The notes under the pieces: generated by a model | The model's input: only the letters and a program-made list of their open reading frames with translations | Database searches by the model: none | Told to the model about the DNA's origin: nothing | Assembly (NCBI GenBank): GCA_026023565.1 | Contig: JAPETS010000059.1 | Span: 1 to 64,000 of the forward strand | DNA length: 64,000 bases | Source of the DNA: Cirrosporium novae-zelandiae | Lineage: Eukaryota | Reading direction: 5' to 3' | Program-made: the position numbers and the translations under genes | Shown: positions 12,180 through 25,465 of the stretch, piece after piece | How the letters are laid out: each line of letters begins with the position of its first letter | Position numbering within the stretch: the stretch's first letter is position 1

Positions 12180-14158
12180 TTAAAATGCAGACTCAGCCAT
12201 TAGCTTTGTCAAAATCTCAAACCGATCCTTAACATCGGGTATCTCGTCTTGCCAAAAATTCAGGATACCGAGAACACTTGCAACAGCATCTTTCCAGTCC
12301 TCCGGAACTAGGTCTTTAATATTTGGACGACTGTAAGCCGCAACTAGCACAAACGCACTCCTCGTACAGGTCCTTATCATTAGCCACGTCCCGTGATGTC
12401 GGTGCATGAAGCCTCTCCGGTTCTTGAAAATTCTGCTTACGCACATCTGGAGGCCTTTGACGGTATATTCATCGATGGCTGGGCCCCGACAACCGTGGTT
12501 GATTGCTTCAGATATAAAGGGCCAATAAATAAACTCATAGCAATTGAGTAAATGCCCTCGCAAAATGAATTTCAGAACGTCATCTTCGTTCTCCGGGGTC
12601 TGTAGACTCAGGACTGCAGGTAGAGAGGCTACCCTAGAGTAAGGTCAGTTTTCATAATAAAGCCAAGTTCCGATATTTCAAACGAACCAATCAGCCGCCT
12701 GTTTCTCGAATGCAGCGGCTGGCTCTGTCATTTCAGATACATGCCAAACTCCATTGTTGATACGATGTGCAGAGAGATAATTAAAGAGACTATGAACCAG
12801 TTTTCGTAAGGCAATCTCTGCAAAGTAATAGTACCAGGCTCTCTCCTCTTCCTTATTCAGATCTGCTGAGGGTAGAGAGGGGAAAAATGAAGGATACCAG
12901 AGATCTTCGAACCCAAACCCAGGCAAGGCAAGCTCCATACGAAGTTCTCTGTAGAATAATCAGCCATGTTGTGTACAGTATATTGAATTGGGGATATACA
13001 AATCTGACTTGAAACAGCTCCAATAAACACTTTCTTGGGAAGTCTGTTCGGTGACACCTACACCTACGTTCTCTGGGCCATCAGCAGCCTTCTTGAGATT
13101 GAAACCTTGACAGCACGCTGATGCCTGCATGAAGAATCTCCAGGCTGCCATCGGCTTCATAATAGTCATTAGGTATACCCCTGAATAGAAAAAACATTGC
13201 GCTGCCAACACACCCCCTCCTCCAAGGACCAAGCAGATGCGCCTTTGAGCAGCGGCGAAATAACACTTGGACAGGCGGGCATTCGGTGATTGTAGGAATT
13301 CGATAGAGCTTTTTTCATGTTTTCGAGGTGACTGAAAGGATGATGCAATGCAACCCAGCGCACAGACAAGTAACTGGAACATGTAAGAGGAATAATTGAC
13401 AACATCACCCAGCAACAGGTACTCACAACAAGACAAGATTGAGGATCCCATCCAATCCCATTGTGGCACGTCTGATGCACATATTCACGTATTTTCTCTT
13501 CCGATAAGATGGGGTTTTTGGTAAGAACATTCTTCAGAAAGTTATCCAAGTATAGGTCACAACTTTCCAAGCTTGGACCAGTTATAGCCACTACTAAGTG
13601 GTCGGGCGAAGGGAACCAATCGGTCGTCGAACTGATATATGGTTCACTGAGTAACACTTTCAAGTTCATATGGGAGTCAAATCGATGGCCAAACCAGGAG
13701 AGAACAGTCTCCAAGGTGACTAGTTCAAAAGCAGGGTCACTCGGATACTCTGGGAAGATGGTTTTTGGAGCTTCTTTAGCTTGAGATATGGCTCGCCTGG
13801 GGGAAGAAACGGATGATTGGTTGTCATCCTTGCTGCTGCTGTCTGCATCGCTTGACCGTAGTAGATCTTCCAATTCATCCAAGCGCCCGAGAATGGTTAA
13901 ACTAGCGGGATCGAAGGAGGAAAGATCCGTTGGAGAAGTAATGCACTGTGCCCCGACCTTTTCGCAGAAGGAGCAAGTCGGTTTCTTGTTATCGCATTTG
14001 GTTCTGCGAGCCCGGCAGACTTGACAAGCCTTATTCGCTCGCTTTCGAGGATAATATGCGGTCCCACGTGGCGCTGGACGCTTCTTCGCAGAATTTTCAC
14101 TAGAAATCAAAAGGTCCAAGTTGGATTCAACAGGCTTGATCTTTGTTTGATCAGCCAT
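12180..14158 (-). CDS. Zn2Cys6 (GAL4-type) transcription factor, multi-exon
   Basis: ACQVCRARRTKCDNKKPTCSFCEKVGAQC binuclear cluster; downstream exons with fungal TF motifs (QCFFYSGVYLM, WYYYFAEIALRKL, HRHHGTWL). Confidence 0.92.
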
Positions 14159-14820
14159 CTAGATGAGATGACATCCAAAGATTTGGAGTTAGTATTTCTG
14201 GTTCCAAGATCGCGGAATGTCGCTCATAATTCTAATGGGGTCCAGGAAACAGGAGCTGCACTCCACAGTTTTGTATTGGCGGCTCCATGTCTATTGATCC
14301 GAAATCTGGGGGATTTGGGAATTAGAGGACTAAAGTCGGTCGGTATTTAGCCGGAAATGCAAACAATCCATCTGATTGGTCCACCGACATCTCAGATATG
14401 GTTCGATCGTCAGTTCTTGTCAGTCCTTGATTCTATCCAAAATATTGCGCATACGCTTGAACTAATCTAGAAATCGGTCAATTGTCAGGTTATCAAGACA
14501 GACTTCAAGGTCTTAGCCTTGGTTACCGTCGGCAGACTCTTTGTCGCGGAATGTCGCCCTTGGTTATTTACCCTGGACAGCTCCACCAGAATCATTAGCC
14601 TACTACGCCTCGAAGCGTAAATTCAACTTGAATATCAACCTCTGTATCTATTTACCCGGTTTAGCTTACCCCAACCGTCACATGTATAAGGGCCTTCCAA
14701 GTTATATAAGAATTCCTTAATGTCAATCAGAGTTAAGTCAACACTATCGCACATCTCGGTGCATCTTCATCTATAACAGACCGATCAAGACAATTGTCAA
14801 CTGCCCCATACGGTTCAAAG

Positions 14821-16567
14821 ATGGACGACAAAGAGAGCATGAAGGCGGAAAAGTCCCATCATGAGATCCCCTTAGACGAGACTCAAGCGAAGGCTACCCT
14901 TGCCAACGATAATTCCGAGGAGCATAATCTGACAGCCCGCCAAGTTATCGTCGCCCATCCAGCCCTGGTTTGGTGGGCATTCTTCTTTGCTCTGAGTGCT
15001 CTTGGATGGTACGATATCCCCTTTCTGAATATTTGTGTCAAGAGTTATTATCTGGTGTATAGTCATGCTGATGACTTGATACAGGGGCTTCGACGCACAA
15101 GTCAACGGAGCCGTCATTTCGGTGTCCCAGTTTAGAAAAGACTTTGGCTATATTTACAAAGGCGAAACAGTACTACCTGCATCCTGGCAAAGTGCTTTTA
15201 CTCTGGTCTCCGCCGTGGGTCAGTTCTTTGGAGGATTCCTGTGCGGTTACATAGCGGACAGAATTGGCCGGAGGGGAGCCCTCGCTGCTGGAGTCGTGTT
15301 TGCTAGCGGTGGCATCATCGGACAGATGTTTTCGGTTACAAGGGTGGCTTTTGTAATCAGCAAACTGATTTTGGGTTTTGGCCTTGGTTTTTATCTGACA
15401 ATTGGAACTCTTTACTGCTCCGAGGTAGGTGCTTCCTATGCGTTGATAGAATCCTTGGATTAAAATAAATATTCTAGGTGTCTCCGGTTATCTTGCGAGG
15501 GCTTACCACGGCAGGTGTCAACTTGGGGATTGTGATAGGACAACTATTGTCGAACGCAGCCATCAAGATCTTTGGAGAAAGAACTGATAGGTGGGCTTAC
15601 CGAGGACCCTTCGTAATACAATTTCTGTTTGTCCGTAAGTTGTTTCATTCTTCCTGATACAGACGGTTCTAAAGTTCCGTCTACACAAATAGTATTTTTC
15701 TTAACCGGACTTCCCTTCGCTCCTGAATCACCATGGTATCTTGTCCGAAGCAAACAAATCGATGCAGCACGCCACTCCTTGCAAAGATTGTACGGGAAAT
15801 CGACCAACGTCGAAGATAAACTCCAAGCCATCCAGGCTACAGTGGCCTTGGATGAGTCTCTCAATGAGAGTAAATGGGCTGACTGCTTTCGTGGCACGAA
15901 TGTTCTCAGAACAAATATCTCCATGGGCGTCTTTATCTGCCAGCACCTTGTCGGTATCATCTTCGTTTTGGGCTATTCCACCTACTTTTTCGAACTGGCT
16001 GGCGTGGACACTTCAAATTCGTTCAACCTGGGAGTCGGGGTTACAGCTTGCGGCGTCCTGGGTAACTTCTTATCATGGTTCATTGTCAATTCGTCCGGTC
16101 GTCGCAAGATTTTCATCTTGGGTATGATAGCATTGACTGTGTTAAACTTCCTTATCGGCATCCTCGATGTGGTTCCTACCGACGGTGCGAAATGGGTCCA
16201 AGCTTCTTGCACCGTTATTTACGCATTCATCTACTTCATGACCATTGGTGCCATGGCTTATGTCCTACTGGGTGAAGTATCCTCCCCAGCACTGAGGGCC
16301 AAATCCGCGTCTCTCGCCACGGTGGTACAGTCTATCTTTGGTATTATAATGAATGTCGCTGTTCCATATATGGTGACACCGGATGAGGCAAATATGAAGG
16401 GTAAGGTTGGCTTTGTGTTCGGAGGACTCGGGCTTCTTGGGACGGCATGGGCCATCATATATGTCCCCGAGTTGAAGGGAAGGACATTCGACGAGATCGA
16501 CATTTTGTTCGCTCAGCGGGTTCCACCTCGGAAGATGGGTTCCTATGTCCTCGAAAATAATGCGTAA
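14821..16567 (+). CDS. MFS sugar porter, maltose/alpha-glucoside permease-like (4 exons)
   Basis: ADRIGRR, YCSEVSP, PESPWYLVR, GRRKIF, GEVSSPALRAKS and PELKGRTFDEIDILF sugar porter motifs; GT-AG introns. Confidence 0.92.
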
Positions 16568-16970
16568 ATTTCGAAAGAAGGGGGAGGAGATGCTATAGTT
16601 CAGGATGCTTTCATGTCCAAGCTCTTAGAAATATAAACTCGACTCCACAAAAGTTTCTTCGCTAGGCCAGAATTTGTGAAAATTATGATGATAATTATTC
16701 ACAATGATTGATTTATGGAACAACAACAGCTAAGAAAGTAGTAACAAAGTAAATGAGGAAGTAAGTTCCTAGAAGCTCAAGGAAAGACGGGGGGCTAGTA
16801 AAGAGGTGGTTGATTTGTTCTCGAAGGCGAAGGGGAGGGGAAGGCGTGAGGGGTTTACTTGGCCCCACCGTGTCAGCCTAAAAGACCCAAGCAAACTTCT
16901 AGCCCCTCCCAAGATTTCAGAGCGAGGTACCAAAAATCATTCCCCTCTCTCTACTAATTATCGGGGCAAA

Positions 16971-17870
16971 ATGTTCACTGGAATTGTTGAAATTATTGGG
17001 AGTAAGTTCTCCTCATTCTTGTTATCCGAAAGAGTCCCATATTAAACTAACAGCAGGCAGCTGTCTCAGAACTCGTTCCTCAAGATGACTCGGAAAGCGG
17101 CGGCGGAGGAACTTCTCTGACAATCTCCAATTGCGCTGAAATACTTCAAGATGCCCATCTAGGTGATAGCATCTCTATCAATGGTATACGGAGCTATCCG
17201 ATTCCCTATTATGCAAATCCAATTACAAAACATCTATTCTCAAGTCTAGGGCTTCGGTTGTCGCATAGTCTTTCAAACTTTACCAAACGGCTAATACCTA
17301 GTCTCTTATCCAGGAACATGTCTGACGATAACTTCATTCACACCCGACTCCTTTAAAGTCGGCGTCTCCCCTGAAACTCTCCGCCGTACAAATCTCGGCT
17401 CCCTCTCTCAATCCTCACCAGTAAATCTTGAACGTGCGGTCTCGGCTCATACACGAATGGGCGGTCACTTCGTACAAGGACACGTTGATACCATTGCTAC
17501 AATTCTTTCCATCACTCCAGACGGCAATGCTTTCACATTTCGTCTTCAGCCCCGAGATCGAAGTGTGCTGAGATACGTGGTGGAGAAGGGATATGTTACA
17601 CTTGATGGAGCAAGCTTGACGGTTACAAAGGTCGATGATGTTGAGGGATGGTGGGAGGTAATGTTGATTGCATACACTCAAGAGAGGGTGGTCATGGGGA
17701 AGAAGAAAGCCGGGGATGAGGTCAACATTGAGGTTGATATGGTGGGCAAGTATGTCGAGAAGAGTGTGCAAGGCTATTTAGAAAGTAAGAGTGGAGGAGA
17801 TATGGCTATACTCGAAAAAATGGTTGGCAGATTGGTGGATGAAAGGATGAAGACTGCCAGATCGAGCTAA
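16971..17870 (+). CDS. RIB5: Riboflavin synthase
   Basis: Starts MFTGIVE; GDSISING/TCLT, VNLERA, MGGHFVQGHVD, KGYVTLDGASLTV, VNIEVD; introns 17002-17060 and 17184-17313. Confidence 0.97.
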
Positions 17871-19634
17871 TTCCTCCCGACGTGGTTACACGACAGCTCA
17901 TAAGTAGCTATGAATCGCCGTCATGATTTCTTCAACCTCTTATCCATGAATACTGAAATTTACAGAGTTGCCAGGCCTGCAGTACGTCGTGAGTTCGACA
18001 GCTAGGGTTTCTATCAAACTCTAGGAGGCTCTCAACCGCAACTCAATATCATTATATCCAGAAGGTAGAATGCGCAGGCAATAGCCAAGCAAGTACTTTG
18101 AACCGGGTACAATATTCATTTCCTTGCTGTTTTATCACATCCATAATTTCCATGATTGTCATTCCCCAGACACTCCATTCAATTCTATCTCCTTACAACC
18201 TCCCATCATCTTCTTCCCTCAAACTTTCCCTAGTTTTAGCTCTTTGCTCCATCTCATCCAGCCTTGCTAGCACCCAGCTCACCCTAACCACTGCCAAGCT
18301 CTTGCTACATCAATGCGAGTATTGAGGACTCTTTCAGGTAAGTTTATGCGACCCCAGTACACTATTAGAGGACGTCGTAGAGGAAGACAGAAACCAGATC
18401 TAAGATATCAATTAGGTAGATAAGCTAGAGCTACTCGATAGACATAGAAGTTTGTTTTGTTACGATATCACCCAATGCAGAGTCATTCTTAAATCCATGC
18501 TAGCGCGTGAAATTTGTGACAGTCTACGTGAGCAAGAAGTTTATGCATAATGTGGAATTTAGCGTTGTCCCCTTTGTTAAATAGCTCGAGTTAGGTCATC
18601 CTATAACCATTACTATATTGGGTACCATTACCTGTGAAGAATTCAGAGCCTGGGAGGAAGGAGGGGGGATCGAACCAAATGGAGGGACCGTTAAAGTCAA
18701 AATCCTACAGGCGGTTGCGGAAGATGTGGGTGGAGGCGCTGTTCAGAGGTATGAATATAGAAGAGATCTAGTACTAAGAAATTGATGATGGATAGTGACA
18801 TAATACCTCAATTTGAAAAGGGTGGCATAACCTGTTACCCTGTTTAGTATGCTAATATTATATGACGAAGCCTTTCCTAATATGAAATACTTTGTCATGT
18901 CCATACATTAGCTGCGAGAACCCATTAATATATGCCACTCTACCATAAAAAGAGAATATAAAGTACCTGATTTACCTCCCACATAAGGTTACCCTTAGGT
19001 CTTAAAGGTGTTCTAGATCTCCACGCCAGAGAATAAATGGTGACTTAGGGAGAACATCCTAATAGCATTAGCCCTAAAAAGGTGTAAATGCGGGCAACTT
19101 CATCGATCAGGTTAGTAGGTTGAGGAGAACCAAGCATGGATATAAAATAACCTAAACAGATCCTGATCCATATAATTCGTTTTAGTAATCTGAGCGAAGT
19201 GAGAAAAAAATCTTCTTCAACTGGACTTGAAAATCTTTTCATCCATAGCAATATTCCTGGTTCGCATGACTTCTTTTGTACCCAATTTCTTCTTGAAGGC
19301 ACGAAACGTTTGACCTGTTGATCTGTACTGTGCTTCCATTGCAATGACAATCCCCGGCCTTAGAAGTAAAGTATAAGGGAATGAGAACAGTCAGTATAAC
19401 TGTAGATAATGAAAGCTAGATTTAGATTAAACGAGTAAAGCAAAATTCTCCAGAGATGTAAGATTAAGAATGGGGTTATTATGGCTCAACTTAGTTACAG
19501 AAACACATTCACTCAGATGTGCTTCCGTCTTCCAAGTCCAACTCATCTACATAGTACTAACATTGACTTGAGGATCATCTCCATACCTTGATAAGCCCAG
19601 TTTCTCATATAATATATACATCTTCATCCATTTC

Positions 19635-21266
19635 TCAAGCAACAACGCCATCTCTTTTCAAGCCCTCGATCTCATCCACACCCATCCCCAGGTCTGTTAG
19701 CACATCATCTGTATGCTGGCCCAGCGTGGGCGGCGGGGTTCTTATACCAGGTGTTGAATGGCTATACTTAACTGGCGTATTGAGAAGTTTCATAGGTCCA
19801 CAGGTTGGATGTTCCACTTCTTTTACCATATCCCTTGCAAGGACATGTTCATGATGCAAGGTTCCTTGAATATCATTAACGGCGGCATATGGCATTCCGC
19901 TTCCCTCAAGAATGTCAAGCCATTCCTTCGTTGTTTTTGTACTGGTCACGGATTCCACCATCGATTCCAGGATGTCGCGGTTCTCAACTCGCACGCTATT
20001 CGTTACGAAGCGCTCATCTGCCTTCCACTTTGGTTTTCCTAGTCGATCGCACATAACACCAAAGAGCCTATCATTCCCACCCCCTAACAATACATCTCCA
20101 TCTTTAGTCTTAAAGGCTTTATAGGGGACGATTGAGGGATGCGCTGTTCCCCATCTCCCGGTATCCTTCTCGCCACTAATCAATGCACTGCTTCCCAAGT
20201 TTGCCAACGTTGCAACCTGGCAGTCGCTTAATGCAGCATCGATCCATTGGCCCTTCCCACTCTTTATTCTTCCTAGCAGGGCCGCCATAATAGCATTACT
20301 CGTATACAAGCCTGTAGTTAGATCTGTAACAGCCACACCAACCTTGACTGGTGGTCCATCTCTAGAGCCCGTAATATGCATTAATCCCATTTCTGCCTCA
20401 ACCATGACGTCGTAGCCAGCACGTTTGCTGTAAGGGCCTGTCTGCCCGTAGCCAGTTATGCTAGCATAGATAAGCCGAGGGTTTATTTTGGAAAGGGTCT
20501 CATAATCCATTTTGTATTTTGCAAGAGCTCCGGGGATATAGTTCTCAACGAGGACATCACTTGTTCGTGCTAGCTCGTGGAGGATTGAAACACCCCTCTT
20601 GTCAGCGAACGAAAGTCCAAGAGACTTTTTGTTGCGATTGACCTAGGTGAGGGGAAATATAAGCATCAAATGGCTAGATAAAACGAGAGAGATGACGGAC
20701 GGCAAGGAAGTATGCGCTCTCGCCTGGAGTTTCCACTTTTTTTCCTCGAATGTTTTTCGCGAAAGGAGGGCCCCATGCCCGTGTATCGTCCCCACGGGTA
20801 GGGTGTTCGATCTTAATGATTTCGGCACTATAGATATAGAGAATTAGAAGCCGGATTTCACTCATGTATAGAATGGTCCCGATTGGTGTACAAGTATATG
20901 TGGTGGAAAAGACGCCAAGGATTAAGCCATACAGAGGATGTCATAAACATACCCCAAATCTCCGAGAATCTGCGTGCAGTAAGGCTGTTGCAAAGGCACG
21001 AGAATCAATTACAACGAATTCATTTAGATCTAGAGAATTCAAGTTGACCAAAGCCTCGATCTAGGTAGCAGAGGTAGAAATATCAAGAAAGCTTGGCTTA
21101 CACCAGCTAGAACTCTTGTCATATCCAATACACGTATCCCCGCCAGGGGAAGTGTGGAGTTACCCGCCTGCGATGCTGTCGCAAATCGCCTCCACGAAAC
21201 ATATTTCAGAGACCGGGAGCAGCGAGGAAGGGACTGCAGTATCGAGAATGCCGATGATGAAGCCAT
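19635..21266 (-). CDS. CoA-transferase family III (CaiB/BaiF; succinyl-CoA:glutarate CoA-transferase-like), probably mitochondrial
   Basis: [66 protein letters not shown]; Arg/Ser-rich presequence; 4 exons. Confidence 0.93.
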
Positions 21267-21712
21267 TAAATAGAGAGTTATCAACTTAGCATAGAAGAAC
21301 GGAGTTCAAAGTAAATAATTTCAAAGGCCTGAATGGAACCGACGATTGATGGTAGAGTGCATACCTAATCAAGTGTTGACACAAGGTATAAGAGCAAAGA
21401 GATTCATCTTTTTGCCATTCCACTCTTCACCGAGACTCGAGACTCGAGACCTTTTATCCCGAGGCCCCCGCGATATTGATATGCCAAGATGTTATCGGCC
21501 CGAAACACACCTCGGTACCTGGCATGCTCCGGGTAAATACTCGCATTTCAGCTTTGACCTCCACAGGAAGCCTAAATCTATATCATCTAAGCATTTTTTA
21601 ACCACTTTTGAATATCGTTCTAATATACCGTCTACATATTTTATACAAGTTGATATTTCGAGCTTGTCTAAATTTGTTTCTTTGTAGAGTCTATGGATAT
21701 ATACCCTTTACC

Positions 21713-23580
21713 TCAAAGAGCCCACAATTTTCCCCGGCTCTCTCCAAATTGGATACTCCTATTCAGTCGCTGATAATACCCATATAGCATCAGACACCCA
21801 GAACTCACAAAGAAGAGCAGTGCCGCATTCGTGTAATGGCCAGTAGGGTAACCTATTGCCTTTTCGTTTGCTTTATATATCCATACCCCAACGATTTGTC
21901 CAGGGGCTCCCCAGGAGACGTTGAGGGCTATAACAAGGCCAGCTGCAGCTGTGGAACGAGTGTTGGTCGAAAGCCAACCAAGTAGAGGGGGGATACATGA
22001 GAAAGCTCCGGATGTCGCGACAATTAGACAGCCGTAACGGTGCTTTAGACGGAGTCAGCATTAGGCCTAAGTGGTTGAAGGACTTATGAAAACACTCACA
22101 GTATATGCATCTGCTGGTAATATAGCTTGTACCAAAAAGGCCACTGCTCCAATCAAAGAGAAGACGGCAGAGTGGAGCGCTCGAGCATTGAAGTGATCAG
22201 CAGACCAGGAAACTAAAACTGTGACTACGTATGCAACAGCATAGGGAGGAACTGTCATCAAGTTTGCACGGAGGGATGAAAATCCAAGTCCAGCGACGAC
22301 TGTTGGGCTGAATAATGAGAGGCTAGAGAATGGTACGGAAATTCCAAAATATATCTTAAAATTTCGAGGTGAGCAGTCAATACAAGCTCGTGGCTAGATG
22401 ATTACGATTGGCTTACCAGATAGTGTATCCACAAACGGGATTGCTTAAGAATATCCCTCGCTTCGGCCCATGTGAGATTTGAGCCTTCTTCTCTCGACCC
22501 ATTGTGCTCCAGTCTGTCCCAAGCAAGAGACTTTTCGTCCAGATCGAGCCATGACGCTCTCTCTGGATAGCTGGGGAGGAAGAACCAGACAAGAATTGCT
22601 GAAAGACAAGATGGGAGGCCTTCGAGAATAAACAACCATCTCCATGCAGAAAGGCCAGAGACCTGGTTCATATGGCCAACACTAATAGGCATTAGTAATG
22701 TTCCCGGCTGTTCATGAGTAGCAGGAACACGAGCTTTACCCGTAAGCAATGGCACCTCCAAAGGCCCCGGCAAGGGTAGCAGAAGCGAGGATAAGAGCAA
22801 CACGAATGGAACGTTCGTTGGGGCGGTACCAGAAAGTTAGGTAGTATACCAGTCCTGGGAAGAGCCCTTAACGAAATTTAGTGGGAGCAACATGTCCAAG
22901 GTAAAGGGAATTCACCTGCTTCAAAAACACCAAGTAAAAACCGTACGGCTGTCACACCAGCAAAGTTCTGAACGCCTCCAATCCCCATGGTCAGTGCCCC
23001 CCAGCTGAGCATCAAGAAAGCAATCCATCTCTAATAAGGACCGTATTAGTATGTGAATGAAAAGATGGGTAATAGTACGAGAATCTACTGACATTTGGTC
23101 GCATCCGTTTTAAGAAATAGTTGGAAGGTACTTCGAAGAGCCCATAAGCAATGAGAAATACCATCAATGCTATTCTATTTTCTGGTTAGTTCCAAGACAC
23201 AAAAGGTACCGATGGAGAATGACATACGTATATTGATAAGATGTCATATGGGTCTCTTGCAAGAGGTCATTTCCCTCATCCTCATTTAGTATCTTCGCAT
23301 TTCCAATGTTGCTACGGTCCAGATAGCACAGGAGATAAATCCCCGCAGATAGAGGTAGGATGCGGCAGTCTATCTTGCGCACCAGAGTACGGTTTTCAGG
23401 TGTACCTTCACCTCTAAAAGGATCTTCGGCGGGTGATATCCCTGGTTTCTAGAATGTAATTAGTTACTGTAATCTCAACATCTTGAATCTATAAAAGATA
23501 GGCAAGGCGCATACAGGAGGTGGCTGGGAGATTTCCAATTCAGAGAATCCAGGCTTATTTGAATTTTCTTCCATTTCCAT
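21713..23580 (-). CDS. MFS transporter, anion:cation symporter (Dal5/Tna1-like), multi-exon
   Basis: RKIDCRILP..YLLCYLDRSNIGNA, FEVPSN, WRWLFILEGLP, MTVPPY; last exon read to TGA at 21713-21715. Confidence 0.88.
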
Positions 23581-24157
23581 CTTGCCAGTAGATATTATAA
23601 TGAAAGTATAATCTACTAAAGCTTTCGAGAGGACTAAATAAAGGATACATGTTGGGCGATGTATAGATATATGTTGTACTCGAGTAGAAAATGTGGAGAG
23701 CCAGCACAGTACGCCGAAGCAGGCTACCCCACACTCCCCATTTTAAGGGTAACCAACTCCGCATTTCGGCATTAATTCTACCATAACCGAATCATATCTG
23801 GGGATTCTCAGTGGGGGGTTTATTTCCAAAATCCCCCCAAGTACCGGATAGTTAACGCGGCAATCGTGCAATAAAAAGTCCTTAGTTACTCTCAACATCT
23901 TAGTCATATTTTAACACTTAGAGATCCCTTTCAATCTTACCCATACGAGAAAGATCGTCAATTTATCATCGGTCTATCGCTAATATTCTTATTATGCCAA
24001 CCTATGCGATTATTACCAACAGTTCAAAATAATATCAAATTACCATTTCTACCTAGAATAAGACGAAATAAATGGCATCTATAAAAATTCGATTTACTTA
24101 ATGTTGGGTATTTGCAAGTTATAACTGCAAAGCTCATTACTTGTTCTCGTTGACTCT

Positions 24158-25465
24158 TTATGAGGTTTCCAACTTCCAAGAAAATGGAGGGATTGCTTTT
24201 CGTGTCATCGATACCTCTTCGGAACTCGTTTCGTGGCTTCCATCCCCAGTCTTGTTAGGCAGGATAGTAGACTTTGGTCTCACAGATAAAGGTCTTGGGA
24301 TTAGATCCCCTTGCTGGAGTGTATCTTCTTTCGGTACTGGCACGCTAACGTTTGGCTTGGTGACCTCAGTATCTTGGGCATCCAGCTCAACTGCAAAGGC
24401 TCTGGTTGATTTATTAATGCCTCCTGAGCTATTCATAGTAGGGAGTTCGACAGGACGGCGTCTGATCGCCGGCATTTCATTCCTCTGGCCGATGCTGATG
24501 GGCGGGATCTCGTTGCTGCTATCCAATTCGACTCCGGTCATTCCCTCAAGCTCGTGAGTACCGTAATCGTCTTTGCTCGTAATAACTATTCGAAATCTTC
24601 TCTCGTCTCGATAATTCTTGCCAAAAATAGGAACCCTATCAGAAAATCTCTTCCTACTTTTGGCAATATCCTTTACCTCGTCCTTTATGTTGTTCTTCCT
24701 TTCCTCGTATCCCACTTCCTTCCCTTTTGCTTCCCGTTCTGCCGCGTCAAGAGGAATTTCGAGCGATACTTCAAGACCAATGTCCTTGAAGAACTCCTGG
24801 TTCCAGCGCCTCAGAGTTGCGGGCAATCCTTTCCTGTTGTCCTCGGAACTCGATTCATCCTCCTGTAAAGCCTTCTTAACATTTGCGATGCTTTTCCGCC
24901 TTGCAATTTCTCGAGCGACATATGTGCCTGAAACGATCAACCCACCCAAACCCATTGTAACACCCACACTTGCAGCCATTACATGCTGCATAAGTGACAA
25001 CGTTGTGGCATTTACAATATCTTCTGAGAATTCAGACCAGACATCTGGAGGAATGCGCAGGTGGAACAATGATGAATTATACGGAAACCCGGATGCCAAT
25101 CTAGACGATTGGGACAAGACCGAGAAGGGCAATTGAGAAAATGTAGAAGAGGATGAGGGACACCTTGTTGATGCTCGCAATGACTGCATTGATTTACGTG
25201 CAGTCACGTTAAGCGGGCTAACGGGACGGATGATCTTATCATAATCTGCAGTACTATCCTGGGAGTAAACAGAAGGCGAGTGTGCGGAGACATGGCGGGA
25301 CTTTGAAGAGAATCGTGAAGATGACGATGGGGATAAGTCGGTAGGGAAGCTGTTGGTTGGGGGCTCCGCAACTACTGCTTCTTTATAATTTGGCGGTAGA
25401 TCATCCCCAGCGAGGTTGGGAATTATTTGATCAGTTGGCCTAAGTACAGGACCCATCTGTGCCAT
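24158..25465 (-). CDS. Hypothetical protein (weak resemblance to the Erf4/golgin A7-like fungal domain)
   Basis: 435 aa intronless ORF; central folded-looking segment (GFPY..IPPDVWSEFSEDI..WNQEFFKDIGLEV) between disordered ends; domain guess unverified. Confidence 0.65.
   Translation of the reverse strand: MAQMGPVLRPTDQIIPNLAGDDLPPNYKEAVVAEPPTNSFPTDLSPSSSSRFSSKSRHVSAHSPSVYSQDSTADYDKIIRPVSPLNVTARKSMQSLRASTRCPSSSSTFSQLPFSVLSQSSRLASGFPYNSSLFHLRIPPDVWSEFSEDIVNATTLSLMQHVMAASVGVTMGLGGLIVSGTYVAREIARRKSIANVKKALQEDESSSEDNRKGLPATLRRWNQEFFKDIGLEVSLEIPLDAAEREAKGKEVGYEERKNNIKDEVKDIAKSRKRFSDRVPIFGKNYRDERRFRIVITSKDDYGTHELEGMTGVELDSSNEIPPISIGQRNEMPAIRRRPVELPTMNSSGGINKSTRAFAVELDAQDTEVTKPNVSVPVPKEDTLQQGDLIPRPLSVRPKSTILPNKTGDGSHETSSEEVSMTRKAIPPFSWKLETS

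Noticed and set aside
16971..23580. RIB5, CoA-transferase and MFS permease as part of the subtelomeric cluster
   Set aside because: RIB5 and the CoA-transferase look like ordinary conserved genes, and no shared motif links them to the cluster
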